The notes under the pieces are model-generated. The model saw only the letters and a list, made by a program, of their open reading frames with translations, was not told where the DNA came from and did not search any database. A stretch of 64,000 bases of DNA, from assembly GCF_009914755.1 (NCBI RefSeq), contig NC_060928.1; one strand, given 5' to 3'. Shown in pieces: positions 55,845 to 64,000 of the stretch (positions are counted from its first letter, which is position 1; each line of letters opens with the position of its first letter). The position numbers and the translations under genes were made by a program. This stretch comes from the human T2T-CHM13v2.0 reference genome, Homo sapiens.

Positions 55845-56065
55845 ATATGGTAAAATGATTATGAGCACAGCCTTCGGAATAAGTAAAACATAGCTTTAAT
55901 ATCTAACTTCTGTACTTACTAACTGAGATCTGAACAAGTTACTTAAACTTCTAAGGTTTAGTTTCTCCACTTACGAAATGGAGAGGAAAACACATAATTC
56001 ATAGTTCATTGTAAGGACTAAGTAAAAAAAAATACTTAAATACTTAGCACAGGGCCTAGCAACAA
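55845..56065 (+). mobile_element. MIR SINE
   Basis: gaacaagttacttaaacttctaaggtttagtttctccac...aaatgg...acttagcacagggcctagca. Confidence 0.8.
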
Positions 56066-57186
56066 AGATATATGAACTCGGTACACACAGACATACAAAC
56101 ACGTACCCACACTGCTTAACTTTAGCTAGAATATTTTTAAAAGCATTATTAGTTTGAGACTAGATTCATCCAAGTTGGTTTAGCATTCTACTAGGGATGT
56201 TACTTTTCATATCTTTCTTTGTTTTTGTTCCCAAAAGCTATAAACACAAGTTTTATCTTCTTTCCTGAAACAATTAAAAAGAAAATACAAGAAAATGTTC
56301 AAAAAATAATTTACTAGTGTTTTTGTTTGTCTGGAAGGGTCATCCTGCAGCTTTAATCACAGCTGAAGATCATTATTTCAAAAAAGACACATCTTTTAGA
56401 TATTTAAATATGTATTATCATATTATGCAGTTTAAATGTGAAGTCATCTACCCTCTGGTTTACTGAGATTCTGTTACATTTTAAATAAATAGTAAATGCT
56501 GTAGTTAAGAGTGCTATCACTGAGAATCTAAGAAGACACATTAGAAAGGGATTATTACTCCAAGAAGAATTCTCTTTCCTTAATCATTACTTTTTCATTA
56601 AAATATTTCTGAAGTTTATACAATACAATCATAGTAGTGACCTTAGGCATATGACACCTTAGTGCTATAAAAACTCTAACAAATCTGTTTAGAGCCCAAT
56701 AATATAAATTTCTGTGAAGAGAAATATAAACCAATGGTAAAATGCCATGTTGAAGTTTCTAAATAGCCCACCTAGTAATTTACATGTTAAGAACATATTG
56801 AATATCTTGGGAACATGTTCCTAGAAAAGATTCTCCATTATAAGCTTTTCCTTTACTGTTAATGATTGCTTTGATAAAATGACCCACGAAAAAAGACAAT
56901 TTTCTCCCTGTGTTATCTGTGTCTGAAATATTCTTCACTGATTTTACATATGCTGATAATATGAACAAGGTAATTTGTCTGACTCTGGTGGGGCAAGATT
57001 TTCAGTAAGAAATGCAAAATTCACACATAGCTCTTCTGTAAGAAGTCTTTGCAGTGTTTCAGTTTATATAAAAAGATTTATATTGCCTGAGGCATCTATT
57101 TTTTTTTCCTCGAGGCAAGCTGAAGTGGCACAAATGAAATTGTTTTTCACACTGTTAATGTATTCCTTTCTCTTTCAATTTCTCAG

Positions 57187-57499
57187 AGAGCCGACATAGG
57201 GATTTCTGCTTTAACCATCACTCCAGATCGTGAAAATGTGGTGGACTTTACGACACGTTACATGGACTACTCAGTGGGGGTACTACTTCGAAGGGCTGAA
57301 AAGACAGTGGATATGTTTGCCTGTCTTGCACCATTTGATCTCTCTCTATGGGCTTGCATTGCTGGCACAGTCCTTCTGGTGGGTCTACTGGTCTACCTCT
57401 TGAACTGGCTTAATCCCCCACGATTACAAATGGGATCAATGACGTCTACTACTCTCTACAACTCCATGTGGTTTGTGTATGGATCTTTTGTACAACAAG
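57187..57499 (+). CDS. GRID2: GRID2 internal coding exon (probably exon 11): [104 protein letters not shown](G); end of S1, M1, M2 pore loop
   Basis: Polypyrimidine tract and tctcag|AGA acceptor at 57186/57187; donor CAAG|gtaagg at 57499/57500; 313 nt; joins the previous exon in frame (K|R). Contains [13 protein letters not shown] (A523/T525/R530 ligand residues; E531/D535), hydrophobic M1, and SFVQQG with Q618 at the Q/R-equivalent site. Confidence 0.98.
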
Positions 57500-58529
57500 G
57501 TAAGGAGCAAAAGTACATTCTAGTATTTAAAAAAAATAGAATGTGATGTTTCCAAAGCCATGTATTCAGTTAATAAGGTTCTGTATCTGACATCAATAAG
57601 TGTTCTAAAGGGTACTCACAGAAATGCTCAGAAAAGAACATTTGCTACTTCCTCCTAGTGGATCTCAGACACACCAAGTTTCCAGCAATAATGGTTCATT
57701 GTCTTTTGATGTAAGTTTAATTTCATCAACAAAGGCAAATGTGAATGTCAAAGGTAAAGCTCACAGAAAACATCAAGATCAGATTTTCCTCTCCAAACTC
57801 TGACTTTCTGAGAAATAGCCTTATAAGGATGAAATTACTTATTACCAGAGAAGGTACTATTTAATTATTTACATATGTAAGAAATGTTAGGACTTGTTCT
57901 TTGTTCAGAGACATTATTTCATGCATTAAAAATATTGTCATTGAAAAGACTTTGGTTAATTTGAGACTGATGAGAAATTTTGTGTTTTATCTTTTACTTT
58001 GATATGTAATCTTTACTGGTGATTTAACTTACAATTTCACTATTTTCTAAAGAATGTCATTGCTCTGTTATTTAATATCCAATCTGCCCAACTCTTTAAA
58101 CTTGTCCAATTAATTATTTGGCTCTCACTGTTTCAAAATAGAATAATATTTATTGCATTCCTTACTTGAGACTATTGCCTCATAGAGAATGAAATAGTAA
58201 GAAAATTGATAGTCTCTTGCAAGCTCTACACATATATTGAAGAGGAGGATGTTTGCTACAATGGAGACATTATACTTTTGTGCTAATATTTACAACTCTC
58301 AATAACATCTTTCTTTTTATTCCTATTTTCTCTTGGACCTTCCATTTAACTTCATTTTTCTATTCTAATTTAATCAAAGATTAGTCTAGAACCTTCATCT
58401 GACTTGCTAACTTCTAATCTAGCCCTTAAACCTTTTGTAAGCATGCTTTTCCCTCCACCCTTCCATATCCAGGGCTCTAAGCTTACCTGTTACTGTATAT
58501 TTTTCACAGACACTTTTAGTTCTTTCATT

Positions 58530-59815
58530 AATAATTAATTCAGTAAATATTTAATCCACACTATCTAAGTAGAACTTTCCTAAGCAATTAGTGTATGATG
58601 GTGAGCAAGAAGGTCTTTGCCATCATTGCGCCACAACAGAAGTCTAATGAGACACAAACATGTAAACACAGGATTACAATTGTGGGTAGAAAGTTCTGTG
58701 GTAGGATAAGCATAGACTGTTAGGAGATCATAGGTGTAGAAGCACTTAATATATGTTAATGTCGCAGAGAAGGCTTTTTAAAGTAACACTTTATACAGAG
58801 AGACAGAGTTAACTATGGAAAGTGCTTCTTGAGGAAGATGAATGGAGAAAAGGAGACATAAACGGTTAGGATGGAATTTCAGACCAAGAAGTGAGAGAGA
58901 AATTAAGATAGTCCAAGCAGAGAGGATCTAGTAAAGATGAGGCTGAAGCTACATTTGTTATTATAAGGAGTTTGAACTGATCCTTGAAATGATCAGATAT
59001 TTAAAGATAATAAATGGGAAAATACAGATTCAAATTTTACTCTAGAAATATTCTGGTTATAATGTGGAGAATAGATTGAAAAAAGGCAATGTGAAAAGTC
59101 AGACAAATTAGAAGACTATTACAATAACTGAGCAAAGAGTTGATGTGGCTTGCTCAAAGGTAAGGTAGCTTTGGGAGTCAAGAGGAGAGTATTGATGAAA
59201 TGGAATCAACAGGCTTTGATTACCTATAGCGTGGTGTGGGGGTCAGTACTGAAGAAAAAAGGAGATAAAGTTTTATCCTAGGTTTTTGAATAGAAAATTA
59301 TGTATATTGGATGTGGATCTCATTTACTGAAAAAATAAAACAGAAAAAACAGATATGACAGGAGAGATGATACATTCATTCTGCTGCACATTGAGTTTGA
59401 GCTATCCGTGAAACATCCAAAAGAGTATTACTAATGTGTGCTTAGTGGTTTGATATATTTGTCAGATGCACAGATATATATATCTGGACTTAATATATAT
59501 TTAGGAGATATTGGAATGTAGGAAATTTTGAAGACATGGGAGTTAATGAGATCACACAGAGTAGTTGCTCTTAATTGCAAACTCCTGATTGAGGACCACT
59601 GGCCCATACAAAGCCTAGGACAGAGCTCTAAGGAAAGGAATGGATAGAGGAGCACTCAGTGGTGCCTGATAAGGAGTGACTATAAATGCACAAGTGAAAA
59701 TCAGAGCAGCTAGTAGTATACGTTTGGTTGACTGTGTTAAACCTTTCAAAGAATCAAATGAAATTAAGGCTTGAAAGGTTTTTGTTGGATTTAACAATAA
59801 ATTTATTATTGAAGC
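58530..59815 (-). mobile_element. L2 fragments
   Basis: ttaattcagtaaatattt...ttgagtttgag...gtgaaacatccaa antisense L2. Confidence 0.65.
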
Positions 59816-59819
59816 AAAA

Positions 59820-60075
59820 AAGGCTTGTCTTTGCCCTATGATGTCTGAGGTTTCAGCTAGACAATTCAGAGGCCAGAGGCTAAAATCATCCAAAGGCTTG
59901 TTCATTTCACTCACATGTCTGGTGGTTGATGCGGTCTGTGGGCTAGTGGCCTCAGCTTTTTCTCCATTTGGGCCTCTCCATGAGGTCACTTTGCATGGGA
60001 TAGTTTGACTTTCTCACAGCATGGTAGTTGCTTTCTCCACAGAGAACATCCCAATTAAAGAATTTTATGTTCCAG
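59820..60075 (-). mobile_element. MLT1 (F/G/H-like) LTR fragment
   Basis: tcactcacatgtctggtggttgatgc...gggcctctcca...tctcacagcatgg. Confidence 0.7.
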
Positions 60076-60432
60076 GTTGGGAGTCATAAACTTGTGTGAT
60101 GGTGTGAATTCCTCTTGCAGAGAACATCCTGGATGTACCCACCTCATGGGTTTTTATGAGAATTTATTAATGAATGGTTAAAATTGTGAAGTTCTTAGAT
60201 ATAACTTATATAAGTGTCACATAAGTGTTTACTAAATAAATAAAACAATGAATTAGACTCAGCGGCAGATAATTGACATATGTAAAAAAAGGGATAACAA
60301 GACAAATGATTGTAGATCATTTTGATGTAGATATTGATTGAAATAGTAGATCATGGGGTATATGGAGAACTAGAAAGAGAAGGACCAAGAATGCGAATGT
60401 AAAGAAGAGTAAGGGTAGAAATTGATAGAGTA

Positions 60433-60798
<366 letters not shown>

Positions 60799-61149
60799 TT
60801 ATAAATGAGTTTGGAGTCTGTATTTATAAAATAGGACATCTAAGCCTAATTTTTTTTGAAATGTAATAGAGGAGAACATGTTGTAGGTATGTGGATACAA
60901 ATTCCAGATGTTAAGATTTGGTGAAGGACTTCAAAGCTGATCAAGGAACTGAGAGATAAAGGGTTAGGTGAGCCAGCTGTAATGATGGCTTGGATTAGAC
61001 TGGAGAAAAAGAAATTGAGCCATGTGTCAAAGTTGTGAATAAATAAGGAAGGATGACAAGGATGTTGATAGATATGAGCATTGACCAGAAATAGGAGGTG
61101 ACATACCTAGATATAATTAACCTCTGTTTTCATCTTACTTCTTCCAATT

Positions 61150-62240
61150 TATTCAGTTTTTCAGTGTATGATTTCAACAACTGCCAATATGCTGATGACT
61201 CCCAGATCTACATCATCTATTCTTGAACTTCAGATTTGTATATTCAACTGTTACCTAGGCAACTCTCTGACTATACCAGAGGCACCATAAATTTGAACAT
61301 GCCAAAAATGTAATTCATTTTAGAATTTGAACCTTCTTAGCCTCTCACATTCTCTATTCCAGCTGATCCACCACCAACCATTCAGACTCATGTTAGAAAC
61401 TCTGAAAATAGTTTTCATTTCTTCCTCTTTCTCATCTTGTATATCCAACCATAATCAAGTCCTGTCAATTTTACCTACTAAATATTTCTAGAAGTGGAAA
61501 TCTCTTCTTATCTAGAAAGATTAGCCTAGATTGTCACCTAGATTGAGGCTACCTCATTTTTCACCTGAACTATAGGAGTCTCATAAGTCTTTCTTCTTCC
61601 AGTGTTGTCTCCTGCAAATATACGATTCACATACTTGCATATATACCCAAGTTATCCATGCCATGGAAAGATAAACACATAATTCCCATTCTTCAGTTAT
61701 TTTCTTGGCTTCCCAATGCCCACAGTTTAGAAGTCTGAGTTCTTCAGAGCATAAACAATATTCCATCACCTGGCTCCTGTCCAACACTCAGTTCTCATCT
61801 CTTACCATTCGTGCCTCACATTTAATTGCCCAGTTACTCCAAACTTACGGTTTGACCATAAGACAAGACTCTTTCCTAACTCTTCACCTTTGTATCTGCT
61901 CTTTCCAATTCCTTGAGTGCCTTTGTTACCAACCTGATTAGACTCTACTCCCACTCTCTGTCTTTATACAGCAAGTTCCTATTCATCCTCTAATTTTTTG
62001 CTTTTATTTCTCTACTTTCAAGAAGTCTTTCCTGGGATTGAGAACCATCTTCTATACTCCTCAACATGTATTTGTCATAGTACTTACCAACCATAGTGTA
62101 ATTCCTTTTTTTAAACATGTCTCCACCTGAGTCCTTTGAATATAAGATAGTGTACTATTTAATCTGTGTAGTCTCTTTGCTTATAGTTAAGTGCCTTGTA
62201 CATGTTAGGCATTTAATAAATTCATATTGATAAATTTAGT
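61150..62240 (+). mobile_element. L2 fragment
   Basis: atatgctgatgactcccagatcta (RT YADD remnant)...caagtcctgtcaattttaccta...ggcatttaataaa...gtgaatgga. Confidence 0.8.
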
Positions 62241-64000
62241 GAATGGATGCTAAATACTTAACTAAATAAAGCATGGAGGTTAGCTGCAATATTTTGTTTA
62301 TTAAATTATAGTCTCAAATAAAACACTAAAATTATCCACAAATGACTTAAAACTCACTAAACCAAAAAGAAATTTATCTGTAATGTCCCCACTGAGTTGT
62401 TGTAAGAAACTAAGAGGAGTTTATAAGTAAGGCATCCTCTTGGTTGAAGCCTCATTTGTGAAGACGTTGACATACTTATGAATTGGCTTTCTGAATTCTT
62501 CCTCCAAGTGACCAAATTTCAATAAGTTTTGGAGCACACCCAGGAAAAAAGATAAATAGAATTACCCATATGGTTAGCATGCTTTTCTAGTTCTATAAAC
62601 ATGCAACAGATAACAAAAGTTATAAATATGTTAAATACCTTTCTATCCCACTGCTCCCTTAAATGAGTTGCACAGCCTGCAGGTTGATTGTACATTTATA
62701 CAAATTTATAATGACAGATAATGCTGAATCGCATATGATTAGCTACTTCATCTTTGAAAAGCTGCTATTCTTCCACTTGCTAACAATGAAAAGGTGAATT
62801 CATTAAAAGATACTGAGAGCATCTTTATGCTCTGATTAAAAATAAATGAAGAAAAGGCTTATAAACCCTATGAAAAAGAGAATAAATCAATGACAGTGTC
62901 CATGTATAGGCAATTGACTTGGAACTGGTGATATTTCCAATAAAAATACAGTCTTTTAAGAGGAAGTACAGCTGTTATTTCAGAATTGCAGTCTTCATTG
63001 AGCCACTATACCAGATTGAATAGGGATAAAGAGGCATTTCATGTGTTATCAGACAGATTTCTAAAAAAAGAGTTCACGGACAGCCAAAAGCAGAAAAATG
63101 TTAAATATATGTGAGTTGTTTACTAATCCTGACATTTTAAAAAATCTGTAACTTCAAAGCATTCTGGAAAAATAGCTCAGGGAATCCAACTGTGCAAAAG
63201 CAGTATGGTCCATTATAGAGATAAACTCAGTACATCTGTTTGGCTGGAACATTAAGAGCTTGTGAATTAGGTTGTAAAATGCACGAATGAGAGACCAATT
63301 TTATACAACTTTTGTTGTCATTTTATGTCCTCCGTTATCTCCATGTCTACATACATCTCCTTTCAATTAATATTCTTAAGTGAAACTGGATTTGATTTTT
63401 AGAAGTCTCTTATGTTTAGTTTATTGGCAGTGACTCTATCATCTGGTCTCCAGAGGACTTCAATGACTTTGCAAATGTAGTTGTATGTAATTTTCTTTCT
63501 GTTTACATGCAAAGGGAAATTTCAGAATTATCTTCAGATGTTTGTGTCTGATTATGGGAAATAGAAATATTTATAGTCATGTAAAATATTTGAAGCAACC
63601 ACATATATGTTTATTTAGCAGCAAGCATTTATTAAGCACCAACAATGTGCCAGGAACATGAGTAGCAAAAGGAAAATAAGGAATAACTCTTAACTAGGGT
63701 TTAATAAATATTTCACGAGTATACTATGTGCCATGCCTGGCCTATGTGCTTTGAGTATGATGCTAAATAAGAAAAACAGTTCTTGCAGGAGTGTTCAACA
63801 TCACGCCGATGGATCTTAACCAAATTGAGATCAAAATAAACCATTTCTGATGAGAGGAGCAGCCAGAATTATTGAAAAGAATAAAGAAGGAAAATTCCTT
63901 TGGTAGTTTTCTTAAAGATCAAATAGCTCCACAGATGCTAATGATGAATAGAAAGTGTGCCTTTAGGAGTGTTAGAAATACTGAAAATAATTTGATGCTG

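Noticed and set aside
60040-60129. 12 bp direct repeat cagagaacatcc flanking 66 bp (possible TSD)
   Set aside because: The enclosed sequence has no tail or recognisable element; chance or an LTR-internal repeat cannot be excluded.

Overview
This is AT-rich primate genomic DNA, human or great ape (it carries AluY and L1PA elements), from inside the very large GRID2 gene (glutamate receptor ionotropic delta-2, GluD2), transcribed on the + strand. Only two coding exons are present. 24263-24460 (198 nt, phase 0/0) encodes ligand-binding S1, residues ~E450-K515. 57187-57499 (313 nt) encodes the end of S1, M1 and the M2 pore loop to the QQG motif. They are separated by a 32.7 kb intron. The rest is intron filled with Alu, L1, L2, L3, MIR, MLT/ERVL LTR and MADE1 elements plus microsatellites; the other listed ORFs are repeat-derived or chance. 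I see no evidence for a new multi-gene system. The most notable structural observations are: (i) a ~200 bp (CCCTT/CCCCTT)n array, the RFC1/CANVAS-type AAGGG motif, in an ataxia gene; (ii) a ~260 bp unique-looking segment copied 4.4 kb downstream into the middle of a MIR; (iii) two same-orientation AluY elements tightly flanking the in-frame-skippable exon; (iv) a miniature twin-primed L1; (v) an old L1 that appears to keep both ends but lack its middle, nested in a MIR. Repeat subfamily names and exon/residue numbers come from recalled consensus and reference sequences and were not checked by database search.
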